Positions 8,828-18,586 are shown, counted from the first letter of the stretch. The stretch: DNA of 64,000 nucleotides from an uncultured Clostridia bacterium (GCA_934631025.1 CAKTXR010000010.1:4842-68841); one strand, 5' to 3'. Notes: generated by a model from the letters alone, not told the origin. Program-made: numbers and translations.

Positions 8828-9550
8828 TCAGCGCACTTCCTCGAGCGGCTCGACGCACTCGCTGGCGCGATAGTTCTTCTTCTCGATGGGCTTGGCCCAG
8901 TAGATCGCGTTCTTGATGACGCGGATGACGTTCGGATTAAAGAAGGAATTGCCCGTCTCGTGGCCCGGGTGGAAGTAGAAGATCTTACCGGCGCTGCGGG
9001 TGAACGTGCATCCGCCGCGGAACACATGGCCGTCCTGATACCAGGTGACGAAGATCAGATCGTCCGGATCGGGAATGTTGAAGTACTCGCCGTACATTTC
9101 CTCAACGTCCAGCGTGAACTCCAGCGGCACGCCCTGCGCGATGGGATGGGTGGGCTTGACCGTCCAGACGTGGGCGCGCTGATTGATGCTGTTCCATTGC
9201 AGCGAGCAGGAGGTGCCCATCAGCGCGCGGAAGGGCTTGCTGTGGTGCGCGGAATGCAGCGCGATGAAGCCCATGCCGTTGCGGACGTGCTCCACGACGC
9301 GCGCAACAACGTCGTCGCGCACATCGTTATGGCGCGCATGTCCCCACCAGAGCAGCACGTCGGTGTCGTTCAGCACGTCCTCGGACAGGCCGTGCTCCTC
9401 GTCCTTCTCCAGCCAGGCCGTGCGGATCTCGAAATCGTCGCAGGCCAGCATCCGCTTGAGATGCTCGTGCATGCCGTCCGGAAATTTCCTGTGAACCTCT
9501 TCGTTAGTCTTTTCATGGCAAAACTCGTTCCAGATGGTTACCTTAATCAT
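8828..9550 (-). CDS. ThuA domain-containing protein (trehalose-utilisation-like)
   Basis: MIKVTIWNEF.HE...DVLLWWGH..H..V....V..V...V..G.G...LHS matches the ThuA family pattern. Confidence 0.8.
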   Translation of the reverse strand: MIKVTIWNEFCHEKTNEEVHRKFPDGMHEHLKRMLACDDFEIRTAWLEKDEEHGLSEDVLNDTDVLLWWGHARHNDVRDDVVARVVEHVRNGMGFIALHSAHHSKPFRALMGTSCSLQWNSINQRAHVWTVKPTHPIAQGVPLEFTLDVEEMYGEYFNIPDPDDLIFVTWYQDGHVFRGGCTFTRSAGKIFYFHPGHETGNSFFNPNVIRVIKNAIYWAKPIEKKNYRASECVEPLEEVR

Positions 9551-9628
9551 GGTCGCTTCCTCCGTTATCGTATTGGGTGAGCGCCCCCGCGCCCGTTTTT
9601 ATAAAGCAGACTTCAGTCTGTTTATAGT

Positions 9629-10654
9629 TCATCCGACCGGATCCTGCACATAGGCCTTCACCAGCCTGAGCGTGTTGTCCACGCCCTCGGCGTGCGTGCG
9701 TTCATAGCCGTGCGAGGCGAACACGCCGGGGCCAATGAGCGCATGGCGCGCCTCGAGACCCGCGCGCATGGCGGCGCTGGCGTCGGAGCCGTAGTGCGGA
9801 TAGATATCGGCGGCGTAATGAAGGCCGTTCTGCTCGGCCAGCTCGATCAGGCGGCTGGTCATCTCGTAATTGTATGGGCCGCTGGAATCCTTGCAGCAGA
9901 TGGACACCATGGTCTCATCGCAGCCCAGATCGTCGCCGACGCAGCCCATGTCGACGGCCAGCATATCCTCTATGCCCTCCGGCACAGCCGCCGCGCCGTG
10001 GCCGACCTCCTCGAACACGGTAAACATGATGGTCACGCGCCGCGCGAGTTTCACCTGTCCCTCGGCCACGCCCCTGGCCAGCGCCAGCAGTATGCCGCTC
10101 GAAGCCTTGTCGTCCAGATGGCGGCTCTTCAGGTAGCCCGATTCGGTCAGCACCGTGCGCGTATCCCAGCTGACGAAGCAGCCCGCCGTGATGCCCAGCT
10201 TTTTCACATCGTCGGCGCTGCGGACAATTTCGTCGATGACGATCTCCATGTTCTTGTCGTCGCGCGGCTTGGCTCCCATGCCGGAAAAGACGTGCTGCGA
10301 GGCATAGTTCGACTGAACCGTGCCGCTGTAGCTGCGGCCGTCGCGCGTGTGGATCGTGCAGTTTTCCGTCTCGACGGTCGCGTCCTGCCAGCCGCCGATC
10401 TGCGTGTAGGCCAGCCGTCCGTTCGGCTTGATCGAGCGCACCATCGCGCCCAGTGTGTCGACGTGCGCGCTCACCAGCAGCGGATGGCCCTCGCCGCCCA
10501 GCGTGCAGACCACCGTGCCCTTGCGCGTTTTTTCGGGCTTAAAGCCCATATCGGTCAGCGTTTTAACCAGATAATCGGTCACTTTCGCCGTATAGCCCGT
10601 CGGGCTGGGGATGGCGAGCAGCGCCTGAATCTGCTCCATGGCATACTGAAGCAT
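9629..10654 (-). CDS. M42 family metallopeptidase (glutamyl aminopeptidase / FrvX-like)
   Basis: LLAIPSPTGYT...SAHVDTLG...HLDDKAS...FTVFEEVGHGAA are present. A GAGGTGA SD lies 6 nt before ATG 10654. The track start at 10789 lacks an SD. Confidence 0.85.
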   Translation of the reverse strand: MLQYAMEQIQALLAIPSPTGYTAKVTDYLVKTLTDMGFKPEKTRKGTVVCTLGGEGHPLLVSAHVDTLGAMVRSIKPNGRLAYTQIGGWQDATVETENCTIHTRDGRSYSGTVQSNYASQHVFSGMGAKPRDDKNMEIVIDEIVRSADDVKKLGITAGCFVSWDTRTVLTESGYLKSRHLDDKASSGILLALARGVAEGQVKLARRVTIMFTVFEEVGHGAAAVPEGIEDMLAVDMGCVGDDLGCDETMVSICCKDSSGPYNYEMTSRLIELAEQNGLHYAADIYPHYGSDASAAMRAGLEARHALIGPGVFASHGYERTHAEGVDNTLRLVKAYVQDPVG

Positions 10655-10804
10655 ATCGTTCACCTCATTTTTCATTCGTGCGCGCGCCTGCCGGACAGCG
10701 CAGCTTTCTTCTATTATAATCGGAAAGCGCGTTTCTTGCAACGCTTGACAAAAATTTTCCCGTGTGATATGCTTGCAGAGATTTTGCACAGGGAGGAGAC
10801 CGCC

Positions 10805-11401
10805 ATGCAGCGCATATTATCCCGCGCGCTTTATGAGGAAATCACCGTCGAGGACCGGACGTTTGTCGACGAACACGCTGAGGGGCTTGAGGACCATGCA
10901 CTCGAATGCGCCGGATGCACGTTTGAGCGCTGCACGTTCGCCGATTTTCGGATCGACCGCTATGACTTTGCCGGCTGCACGTTTCGCGGCTGCGATCTGA
11001 GCGGCCTGACAATGAACAACAGCCGCCTGAGCCGCGCGGCGCTGATCGACTGCCGTCTGTCCGGCCTGACGATCACGGACGGCCTGCTGCGCGACGTGTC
11101 CTTCACGAACTGCCGAATGGACTACGCCGCCCTGTCCGCTTCGAAATTCACGCGCGTCGATATGACCGGCTGCTCCCTGCGCCACGGCATACTGGGCGAC
11201 GTGAAGGCCGCCGGCTGGTCGATCAGCCGCTGCGATCTCACCGAAGCCGAAATCGTGCGCACGCCGCTCAACGGGCTTGACCTGAGCGACAGCGCGCTTA
11301 ACGGCCTGCTGATCGATCCCGCCGATCTGCGCGGCGCGACGGTCAACGCCCTTCAGGCGCTCGCCTTCGCGCGGCTCATGGGGCTGCGCATTAAGGATTG
11401 A
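10805..11401 (+). CDS. pentapeptide repeat-containing protein
   Basis: It shows a five-residue periodicity (CTFERCTFADFRIDRYDFAGCTFRGCDLSGLTMNNSRLS...). A GGGAGGAG SD precedes ATG 10805. The 5' 370 codons of track ORF 9692..11401 are antisense to the M42 gene. Confidence 0.8.
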   Translation: MQRILSRALYEEITVEDRTFVDEHAEGLEDHALECAGCTFERCTFADFRIDRYDFAGCTFRGCDLSGLTMNNSRLSRAALIDCRLSGLTITDGLLRDVSFTNCRMDYAALSASKFTRVDMTGCSLRHGILGDVKAAGWSISRCDLTEAEIVRTPLNGLDLSDSALNGLLIDPADLRGATVNALQALAFARLMGLRIKD

Positions 11402-11410
11402 ACATAAAAA

Positions 11411-11444
11411 AAGCGATCCGGCATAACGTCGGATCGCTTTTCAT
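11411..11444. terminator. bidirectional intrinsic terminator
   Basis: AAGCGAUCCG-loop-CGGAUCGCUU forms a hairpin with an A7 run upstream and UUUUCA downstream, between convergent genes. Confidence 0.7.
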
Positions 11445-11452
11445 ATGAGGTC

Positions 11453-12178
11453 TTACAGCTCGCTGGCCGCGTCCTCGTCCAGCAGGAACTGGACGTTGGG
11501 ATGCACCTGCAGCAGGGACGCGGGCATCCTGGGCGTGATGTTGCCCTTGATGGCCTGCGCGATGGCCTTGGCCTTGCCCTTGCCGGTCGCCAGCAGGATG
11601 ATGCGCTTGGCCGCCATGATGTTGCGGTTGCCCAGCGTGATGGCCTGGCGCGGCACATCCTCGCGCTTCTCGAAGAAGCGGGTGTTCGCGTCGATGGTCA
11701 TGTCGGTCAGCGTGACGATGTTGGTGCCGGACACGAACTCGTCGCCGGGCTCGTTGAAGCCGATGTGGCCGTCGTGGCCGATGCCCAGGATCTGCAAATC
11801 GATGCCGCCGGCCGCCTCAACCGCCGCGTCGTAGGCCTTCGCGTCGGCCTCGTGATCCGCGCCGACGCCGCAGGGCACATGCGTGTTGGCCTTGTCGATG
11901 TTGATGTGGTCAAACAGCTGCTCGTTCATGAAGCGGCGATAACTGCACACATGCTCGGGCGACAGGCCGATATACTCGTCCAGATTGAAGGAGCGCACCT
12001 TGGAGAAATCCAGAATGCCTTCCTTGTTCATGCGGATCATTTCCTGATAGGTCGGAATGGGCGTGGAACCGGTGGCCAGACCCAGGATGCAATCCGGCTT
12101 CTTCAGGATCTCGGACGCGACGATCATGCCCGCGGCCTTGCCGACTTCCGCTTCATTCTTGTAAACAAATACCTGCAT
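11453..12178 (-). CDS. nagB: glucosamine-6-phosphate deaminase
   Basis: LGLATGSTP...FNLDEY...LGIGHDGHIGFNEPG are diagnostic NagB motifs. Confidence 0.93.
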   Translation of the reverse strand: MQVFVYKNEAEVGKAAGMIVASEILKKPDCILGLATGSTPIPTYQEMIRMNKEGILDFSKVRSFNLDEYIGLSPEHVCSYRRFMNEQLFDHINIDKANTHVPCGVGADHEADAKAYDAAVEAAGGIDLQILGIGHDGHIGFNEPGDEFVSGTNIVTLTDMTIDANTRFFEKREDVPRQAITLGNRNIMAAKRIILLATGKGKAKAIAQAIKGNITPRMPASLLQVHPNVQFLLDEDAASEL

Positions 12179-12326
12179 GACAATACCCTCCTTAAAGGCT
12201 TGTGATATGTAAACCGCCGAAGAGCGCGCCCGAAAGCGCCCCCTTCTGGTGTGGTTTCCAATGTGTGAACACGCTGCCGCGCGGCGCTCCCCCTTTTATC
12301 GGGAAACGCCGCGCGTATGCCGTTTT

Positions 12327-13580
12327 TTAGTCCAGCGCGTAACGGCCGTCAGCCTCGCCGTGGCGGTGGATCCACTCGCCGTCGGTGAAGTCCGGAATGG
12401 CCACGGGCGCGCTGCCCGTCGCGATCGACATCTCGCTCAGCGCCGTGATGCTCAGCCACGAGGCCGCGTCGTACACGTCGATGGGCGGATTGGTGCCGTT
12501 CTGCACGCTCTCAACGAACGCGCGCAGCACCAGATAGTCCATGCCGCCATGTCCGCCGCGCAGGCCGAACTCTTCATATTCCTTCCACAGCGGATGCTGA
12601 TACTTCTTGAGATAGCTCTCCTCGCTCACCCAGGTGTGCGGCTCGATCGGCGCGCTGTTTTCATCCATCGCGTCGGACAGTCCGCCCTCCAGATAAATCG
12701 ACTGATTGTCCTCCATCCAGATGCCCTTGGAGCCCTGAATGCGGCCGCCGCGGGAATACGGGCGCGGCGTGGTGCAGTCGTGGGTCAGCACGATGGTCTC
12801 GCCGTTGGCGCACTTGATGAGCGTGGTCACGACGTCGCCCTCGTGGACGGGCTTATTCGTCACCTCGTCATTCGGGCGGTTGTTCCTGAACCACTCCTTA
12901 AGGCCGGCGCTCTTACTTGCCATGCTGACCAGCGACACCATGCGGTTGCCGCGGTTGATGTTCAGATACTTGGCGATCGGGCCCAGCTCGTGGGTGGGAT
13001 ACAGCTCGCCGTTTCTGTTCAGGAAGTTATCCTGACGATAGTGGCGGCGCACGTCGCCCCAGCCGATTTCGTCGCGCAGGTCGTGCTCATAGCCGCCCTG
13101 GCAGTGGGTCACCTCGCCGAACACGCCCTGACGCACCATGTTGAGCAGCGCCATTTCGCGGCTGTTGTAGCAGCAGTTTTCCAGCAGCATGCAGGGAATG
13201 CCGGTTTCCTCGCTGGTGCGCACCATGCGCCAGCACTCCTCCACCGAGCCTGCGCCGCCGACCTCCATGGCCACGCGCTTGCCGGCCTTCATGGCGGCGA
13301 TGCAGATGGCGATGTGCGTCGTCCAGCTGGTCATGACCACGCACGCGTCGATATCGCCGCGCGCAACGACGCGCTTGTAGTCGGTATCGCCGTCCGGCTT
13401 GAAGCCCTGAATTTCCTCGGCGATGGTCTGCGCGTTCTCGATGCGGTCCTGATAGACGTCGCACACCACGCGCACCTTCACGTCGGGCATCTGGAGCAGC
13501 GTTTTCATCTGGCCGCAGCCGCGTCCGCCCAGACCGATGATGGCCAGATAGATCGTGCGGCCCGCTTCACCCATTTTCAT
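12327..13580 (-). CDS. Gfo/Idh/MocA-fold NAD-dependent enzyme, GH109-like (putative NAD-dependent glycosidase)
   Basis: It has the Rossmann motif LAIIGLGGRG, plus ENCCY and LRGGHGGMDY blocks that I recall from GH109 alpha-N-acetylgalactosaminidases. A GGAGGA SD precedes ATG 13580. Confidence 0.7.
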   Translation of the reverse strand: MKMGEAGRTIYLAIIGLGGRGCGQMKTLLQMPDVKVRVVCDVYQDRIENAQTIAEEIQGFKPDGDTDYKRVVARGDIDACVVMTSWTTHIAICIAAMKAGKRVAMEVGGAGSVEECWRMVRTSEETGIPCMLLENCCYNSREMALLNMVRQGVFGEVTHCQGGYEHDLRDEIGWGDVRRHYRQDNFLNRNGELYPTHELGPIAKYLNINRGNRMVSLVSMASKSAGLKEWFRNNRPNDEVTNKPVHEGDVVTTLIKCANGETIVLTHDCTTPRPYSRGGRIQGSKGIWMEDNQSIYLEGGLSDAMDENSAPIEPHTWVSEESYLKKYQHPLWKEYEEFGLRGGHGGMDYLVLRAFVESVQNGTNPPIDVYDAASWLSITALSEMSIATGSAPVAIPDFTDGEWIHRHGEADGRYALD

Positions 13581-13603
13581 AGCGTTTGTCCTCCAATGTT
13601 TTC

Positions 13604-14638
13604 TCAGCACTCGACGCTCGTCCACTCGCCGTTGTTCAGCGCGGAATTGCGCTCGGCGGTGGCCAGGCAGATCGTGCGGTAGGTGGATTCGTTGTCGGCC
13701 GTCTCGATGGGCTTGTCGTTCAGGATCGCGTCGATGAAGTACTTCACCTCGCGGTAGTAGCCGTCGTCGCCGCCGCAGTCGTCGGCCTTGAACGCCTTGC
13801 CGTCCACCGGATAGACCATGGTCGCGCCGTCCTCGAACACCACAGCGCCCTTTTCGAAATTGGCGCGATAGGTCATCTTGAAGGGGAACTCGGGGCTGTT
13901 GATCGACCAGTCGTCGGCGGTGTTGACGATGAAGCCATCATAGCGATACTGCGTTGTCACCGCGTCGAAGCCGCCGCCCGGATTGACGTTGCGGCCCAGC
14001 GTGGACACCGCCTCGGGCATGCCGAAGAGCCAGTTGACCATATCGACGTCGTGGACGTGCTGATCCAGCAGGCAGCCGCCGGAGCGGTTCTCGTCGAGCA
14101 GCCAGTCCTGGAAGGACCACTTGGGCCAGCCGCCGCCGCGATAGAAATAGCAGAACACGGGCTTGCCGAACTCGCCGGAATCGACGTAATGCTTGAGCGT
14201 CTCATAGGCCGGCCAGAAGCGCAGGCACTGGGCGATCATGAGCTTTTTATTGTTCTTCTTCGCCGCGTCGATCATCATGCGGCACTGGGTGGGATTGATG
14301 GCCATGGGCTTCTCGCACAGCACATGATGGCCGGCATTGAGCGCCTTCACGGTATAATAGCAGTGCAGATAGGTGGGCAGCGCGATGTCGACGTAGTCCA
14401 GCTCCTCGCTTTTGAGCATCTCGTCGAAATCGTGATAGAGATGGAACTGGGAGAAATCATACTGAGCCTTGCCCAGATCGCCCATGTTGCCGCCGGTGAA
14501 CTGCTCGTGGAACTTCCTGTCGTCCACGTCGCACAGCGCGACCAGCTTGACCGGCGCGCCCTCCTTCATCAGGCGCAGATACTGATCCAGATGACCGTGA
14601 CCCATGAACCCGATACCGACCAGACCAACCTTCAACAT
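13604..14638 (-). CDS. Gfo/Idh/MocA family oxidoreductase
   Basis: MLKVGLVGIGFMGHGH and EKP (VLCEKPMA) are present. An AAGGAG SD precedes ATG 14638. Confidence 0.85.
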   Translation of the reverse strand: MLKVGLVGIGFMGHGHLDQYLRLMKEGAPVKLVALCDVDDRKFHEQFTGGNMGDLGKAQYDFSQFHLYHDFDEMLKSEELDYVDIALPTYLHCYYTVKALNAGHHVLCEKPMAINPTQCRMMIDAAKKNNKKLMIAQCLRFWPAYETLKHYVDSGEFGKPVFCYFYRGGGWPKWSFQDWLLDENRSGGCLLDQHVHDVDMVNWLFGMPEAVSTLGRNVNPGGGFDAVTTQYRYDGFIVNTADDWSINSPEFPFKMTYRANFEKGAVVFEDGATMVYPVDGKAFKADDCGGDDGYYREVKYFIDAILNDKPIETADNESTYRTICLATAERNSALNNGEWTSVEC

Positions 14639-14764
14639 AATAACAACTCCTTTTTTCCAGTGTCTGTGCTGTCCGCAGGCCTTCAGACCCGCGGGCGTTT
14701 GATCACGCATTCATTCATCGGGCGCGGCTTCTTCATGCCCCCGCGCCCGGCCGGCTCTCCGCCT

Positions 14765-15601
14765 TCAGCATTCGACAATGCGCTCAAGCGCATCCAGCGT
14801 GCGCACGACCACAGCGTCCGTCGCGCAGGGGAAGCCGTTCATCTCCGCAGTCAGATAGCCGTCGTAGCCGCAGGCGCGCAGCTCCTTCATGACGGCCGGG
14901 AAATTCGCGTCGCCGCCCAGCAGATCGACGAAGCCGTTGATGTTGCCCACGATCGTGCGGAAATCCTTGACGTGGACGCGCGCGATGCGATTGCCCAGGA
15001 TCTTCACCCAGTGCTCGGGATAGCCGGTCACCAGCACGTTGCCGATGTCGAAATACACCTTCACATAATCGGAGCCGATCTTGTCGATAAAGTCGCGCGT
15101 CTCCAGCGGAGAGAGCAGGAACTTGTTCCAGACGTTCTCCAGCGCGATGACCACGCCGGCCTCCTCGGCGTCCTTGGCCAGCTCTTTGCAGGCCTCGAGC
15201 GCGCGGTCATAGGCCACGTCATAAGGCACGACCGGGCAATCCGGAATGAAATCCGCGCCCACGCAGCCGGGCACGACCAGTATCGCGCCGCAGCCCAGCA
15301 CCTTGGCGGCATGAAGCTGGAAGCGCACGGTGGCCTTGGCCTGCTCGCGGACGGCGGGATCGTCGTGCGTCAGGGGCGTGCCCCAGTAAAGGCCGCTGGC
15401 CAGCGAGCTGATCTCAATGCCCAGCTCGTCCGCCAGCGCGCGGAAATGAGCAATCTCTTCATCGCTGCTTTTCAGGCTCAGCGGGCCTTCGGCGTCCAGA
15501 GACAGCTCGATGCTGTCATAGCCGGTCCTGGCGGCCAGGCGCATGCAGTCCTCGGCGGACATACCGGCGGGAAAAGACCAGACATTAATGCCTTTTTTCA
15601 T
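14765..15601 (-). CDS. sugar phosphate isomerase/epimerase (xylose-isomerase-like TIM barrel)
   Basis: GYDSIEL...ALEN...HVKD...GEG-type pattern (IALENVWN, RVHVKDF). Confidence 0.85.
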   Translation of the reverse strand: MKKGINVWSFPAGMSAEDCMRLAARTGYDSIELSLDAEGPLSLKSSDEEIAHFRALADELGIEISSLASGLYWGTPLTHDDPAVREQAKATVRFQLHAAKVLGCGAILVVPGCVGADFIPDCPVVPYDVAYDRALEACKELAKDAEEAGVVIALENVWNKFLLSPLETRDFIDKIGSDYVKVYFDIGNVLVTGYPEHWVKILGNRIARVHVKDFRTIVGNINGFVDLLGGDANFPAVMKELRACGYDGYLTAEMNGFPCATDAVVVRTLDALERIVEC

Positions 15602-15799
15602 GAATCGATTTCCTCCTTTGAGCGTCTTGTGACCCCTGTCTTTATTATAGCAGACGGCGACGCGCTTTGCGTGAGCAATTTGGACGGCTTTTTTATCATT
15701 TTGGTCGCAGTTTCTCTTGCTTTTCGAGTTTGTATCGGCTAAAATGAAAAGGGAGCGCCGCGGCGCGCTTCATACTATAATAACGGAGACGCAAATAAC

Positions 15800-16690
15800 G
15801 TGAATTACGAACCGCTGAAAATCGAACGGCCGCTGCGCGTGGGGCGGCTGTACAGCCTGCACTACTTTCAGTTCGCCGCGGGCTACATATTCCCCGGCGA
15901 GGCGCACGATTTCTGGGAAATGGTCTACATCGACCGGGGCGAGGCCGACATCGGCGCGGGCAATGAAATCGTGCGGCTGCGCGAGGGACAGGTGTTCTTC
16001 CACAGGCCGGGCGAATTTCACACGATACTCGCCGGATCAACCGGGCCGAACATCATGGTGCTCTCATTCGACGGTTCTCTCTCGCCGCTGCGCCCGCTCG
16101 CCCACCGCGTGCTGCTGGTCGCCGCGCCCGAAAAGGCGATTCTGCGCCAGATCATTCAGGAGGGCGAGGCCTGCTTCGGGCCGGTGCTGGACATTTCCGA
16201 TCAGCATCGGCTGATTCCGCTGGAGGGCGCGCCCTTCGCCGCCTGCCAGCTGATCGAGACCTATCTCACGCAGCTTATCATACTGCTGGTGCGCGGCGAA
16301 TCGCACGCTCAGGCCCGCATGAACGCCGTTAAAAGCGCTCAGCAGCCGCTGACCGGCGAGGAGGACGCCTCCGCGCTCACGCTGCGCCTGGCCGCGCTCA
16401 TGCGCGAGCATCCGGACGGCAGCCTGACATTCGAGGCGCTCTGCCGCCATTCCGGCCTGTGCGCGACGGCGCTCAAGAGCGCGTTCCGGCGCGTGAACGG
16501 CATGGGCGTTATGGAATACTACCGCAGGCTGCGTCTGGAGGAGGCGCGCCGCCTGCTGCGCGAGGGGCGCTACAACGTCACGCAGACCGCTGAAAAGCTG
16601 GGCTATTCGAGCGTCAATGCGTTTTCAAGGCAGTTCCGGGCGCTTCTGGACGTCACGCCGACGGGCTATCTGAAGAGCGTGCGGAAATAG
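15800..16690 (+). CDS. AraC family transcriptional regulator (cupin sensor plus HTH)
   Basis: The N-terminus is cupin-like (HDFWEMVYIDRGEA). The C-terminus is an AraC HTH (GYSSVNAFSRQFRALLDVTP). It is divergent from the sugar operon and has a GTG start. Confidence 0.85.
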   Translation: MNYEPLKIERPLRVGRLYSLHYFQFAAGYIFPGEAHDFWEMVYIDRGEADIGAGNEIVRLREGQVFFHRPGEFHTILAGSTGPNIMVLSFDGSLSPLRPLAHRVLLVAAPEKAILRQIIQEGEACFGPVLDISDQHRLIPLEGAPFAACQLIETYLTQLIILLVRGESHAQARMNAVKSAQQPLTGEEDASALTLRLAALMREHPDGSLTFEALCRHSGLCATALKSAFRRVNGMGVMEYYRRLRLEEARRLLREGRYNVTQTAEKLGYSSVNAFSRQFRALLDVTPTGYLKSVRK

Positions 16691-16692
16691 CG

Positions 16693-16810
16693 TTGTTCGG
16701 AAATCGTCCGTGTTTTGAGCGCGAATCCAGTCGTTTTTGTGAGAAATGCAGCACAATGTTCGGATTATCGGCGTGTGCCGTTTATCTGTTCACGCGATTG
16801 TTCGGAATCA
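16693..16810 (+). promoter_or_regulatory. three PurBox-like direct repeats (TGTTCGGAWW) upstream of glyA
   Basis: The sites are TTGTTCGGAAATC at 16693, AATGTTCGGATTATC at 16755 and ATTGTTCGGAATC at 16797. Core spacings are 63 and 42 nt, both multiples of 21. Confidence 0.4.
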
Positions 16811-16957
16811 TCTTAACACAAAAAGCACCGCCGACGCAAAAAAGGCCGGCTTTTTTACAGGAAGTCAATGCCGTTTTCATCGCAGATGCGATCCGCTCTG
16901 ATATACTGCATATACGTCGGCTGATAACACACGACACTGAAAGGGGATACTGCCGCA

Positions 16958-18187
16958 ATGAGCGAAGTTCAGAAAGTCTTTGATTTGATCCGTCTTGAAC
17001 AGGAGCGCCAGTCTCAGACCATCGAGCTGATCGCGTCCGAAAACTTTGTCAGCGAGGACGTGATGAAGGCGACCGGCTCCTGCCTGACCAACAAATATGC
17101 CGAGGGCTATCCGGGCAAGCGCTATTACGGCGGCTGCCATGTGGTCGATCAGATCGAAAACCTCTGCCGTGACCAGTGGAAAAAGGTCTTTAACACCGAT
17201 TATCACGTCAACGTCCAGCCCCACAGCGGCAGCCAGGCCAACTTTGCCGCCTACGCCGCCATTCTGCAGCCCGGCGACACAATACTCTCCATGAGCCTGG
17301 ACAACGGCGCGCACCTGACGCACGGCTCGCCCGTCAATTTCTCCGGCAAGCTGTACGACATGGTGTTCTACAGCACCGACGACAACGGCTACATCGACAT
17401 GAACGACGTGCGCGAAAAGGCGCTCGCCTGCCATCCCAAGCTGATCCTCACCGGCGCGAGCGCGTATCCCCGCGTCATCGACTTCGCCGCCTTCCGCCGC
17501 ATCGCCGACGAGGTGGGCGCGTATCTGATGGTGGACATGGCGCACATCGCGGGTCTTGTGGCCGCGGGCTGCCATCCCTCGCCGTTCGAGGCCGGCTGCG
17601 ACATCATCACCACCACCACGCACAAGACGCTGCGCGGCCCGCGCGGCGGCCTGATCTTCTGCAAGCCCGAGCTGGCGAAAAAGATCGACAGCGCGGTCTT
17701 CCCCGGCTCGCAGGGCGGCCCGCTGGAGCACGTCATCGCCGCCAAAGCCGTCGCCGCGATCGAGGACAGCCAGCCCGCGTTCCATGAGTATGCGAAGAAG
17801 ATCATCGTCAACTGCAAGGCGATGGCCGACGAGTTCGTCCGTCTGGGCTACGATCTGGTGACCGGCGGCACGGACAATCATCTGTTCCTGGTCGATCTGA
17901 CGCGTCAGGGCGTAACCGGCAAGGCGCTGCAAAACGCGCTGGACGAGTGCAATATCACGCTGAACAAGAACTGCGTGCCCAACGAGCAGCGCTCGCCGCA
18001 GGTAACCTCGGGCGTGCGCATCGGCACGGCGGCCATGACCACGAAGGGCATGACGGCCGAGGGCTTCGTCGCCACGGCGCGCGTGATCGACAAGGTGGTC
18101 AGGGCGCTTCAGGAAAAGCGCTTCGACGAGGCGTTCATCGAGAGCGTCAAGGCCGAAACCGCCGCGATCCTCGCCGGAATCAGGTAA
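16958..18187 (+). CDS. glyA: serine hydroxymethyltransferase
   Basis: ELIASENF...[15 protein letters not shown]...[14 protein letters not shown] are diagnostic SHMT motifs. Confidence 0.96.
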   Translation: MSEVQKVFDLIRLEQERQSQTIELIASENFVSEDVMKATGSCLTNKYAEGYPGKRYYGGCHVVDQIENLCRDQWKKVFNTDYHVNVQPHSGSQANFAAYAAILQPGDTILSMSLDNGAHLTHGSPVNFSGKLYDMVFYSTDDNGYIDMNDVREKALACHPKLILTGASAYPRVIDFAAFRRIADEVGAYLMVDMAHIAGLVAAGCHPSPFEAGCDIITTTTHKTLRGPRGGLIFCKPELAKKIDSAVFPGSQGGPLEHVIAAKAVAAIEDSQPAFHEYAKKIIVNCKAMADEFVRLGYDLVTGGTDNHLFLVDLTRQGVTGKALQNALDECNITLNKNCVPNEQRSPQVTSGVRIGTAAMTTKGMTAEGFVATARVIDKVVRALQEKRFDEAFIESVKAETAAILAGIR

Positions 18188-18197
18188 ACAAAACGCA

Positions 18198-18240
18198 ATC
18201 GGACGTTCCGCGCCGCATGGGTGGAACGTCCGATTTTTAT
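18198..18240 (+). terminator. glyA intrinsic terminator
   Basis: AUCGGACGUUCC...GGAACGUCCGAU forms a 12-bp stem followed by UUUUUAU. Confidence 0.8.
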
Positions 18241-18461
18241 GTTTCGGGAGTACGGGACGGCGCATTCAGCATTGTCCGCGATTTGAGCGCCTTTTCTTTT
18301 CAATGGAACCGCGACGGAATCTACCAGCTAAGCATTTAAGCGGCTTCTAATCACAGCAGCGCCGCGGCTAAAAGGCCGAAATCGCTTTCTCACGGCAGGC
18401 CATGGCAGGCATTTGCGACGGCGCAAGAGCCATGGTATGATGTTAATATTTTCAAAATCGC

Positions 18462-18489
18462 TTGACTTTTGGCAGGCATCGTATATAAT
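18462..18489 (+). promoter_or_regulatory. sigma-A promoter of tRNA-Lys
   Basis: TTGACT (18462-18467), a 16-nt spacer, then TATAAT (18484-18489). Confidence 0.6.
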
Positions 18490-18507
18490 AAAATACGTTG
18501 CTCAAAC

Positions 18508-18580
18508 GATCCATTAGCTCAGTCGGTAGAGCACCTGACTTTTAATCAGGGTGTCCGGGGTTCGAATCCCCGATGGGTCA
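18508..18580 (+). tRNA. tRNA-Lys (anticodon UUU)
   Basis: I folded a 73-nt cloverleaf by hand. Acceptor GATCCAT/ATGGGTC (one G-U pair); D arm GCTC-AGTCGGTA-GAGC; anticodon arm CCTGA-CTTTTAA-TCAGG; T arm CGGGG-TTCGAAT-CCCCG. CCA is not encoded. Confidence 0.93.
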
Positions 18581-18586
18581 CATCGA

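Noticed and set aside
9692-10804. The 5' two-thirds of the 569-aa plus-strand ORF.
   Set aside because: It is antisense to the M42 peptidase gene. Only the last 198 codons, from ATG 10805 with an SD, show pentapeptide-repeat periodicity.
16691-16957. A ZTP, THF or T-box riboswitch upstream of glyA, and the 96-aa ORF 16693..16983.
   Set aside because: I could not find the ZTP 3' element (CCGCCUGGGCA-like), THF-type conserved loops, or any T-box/specifier features. The ORF's repeated MFG/LFG peptides merely reflect the TGTTCGG DNA repeats.
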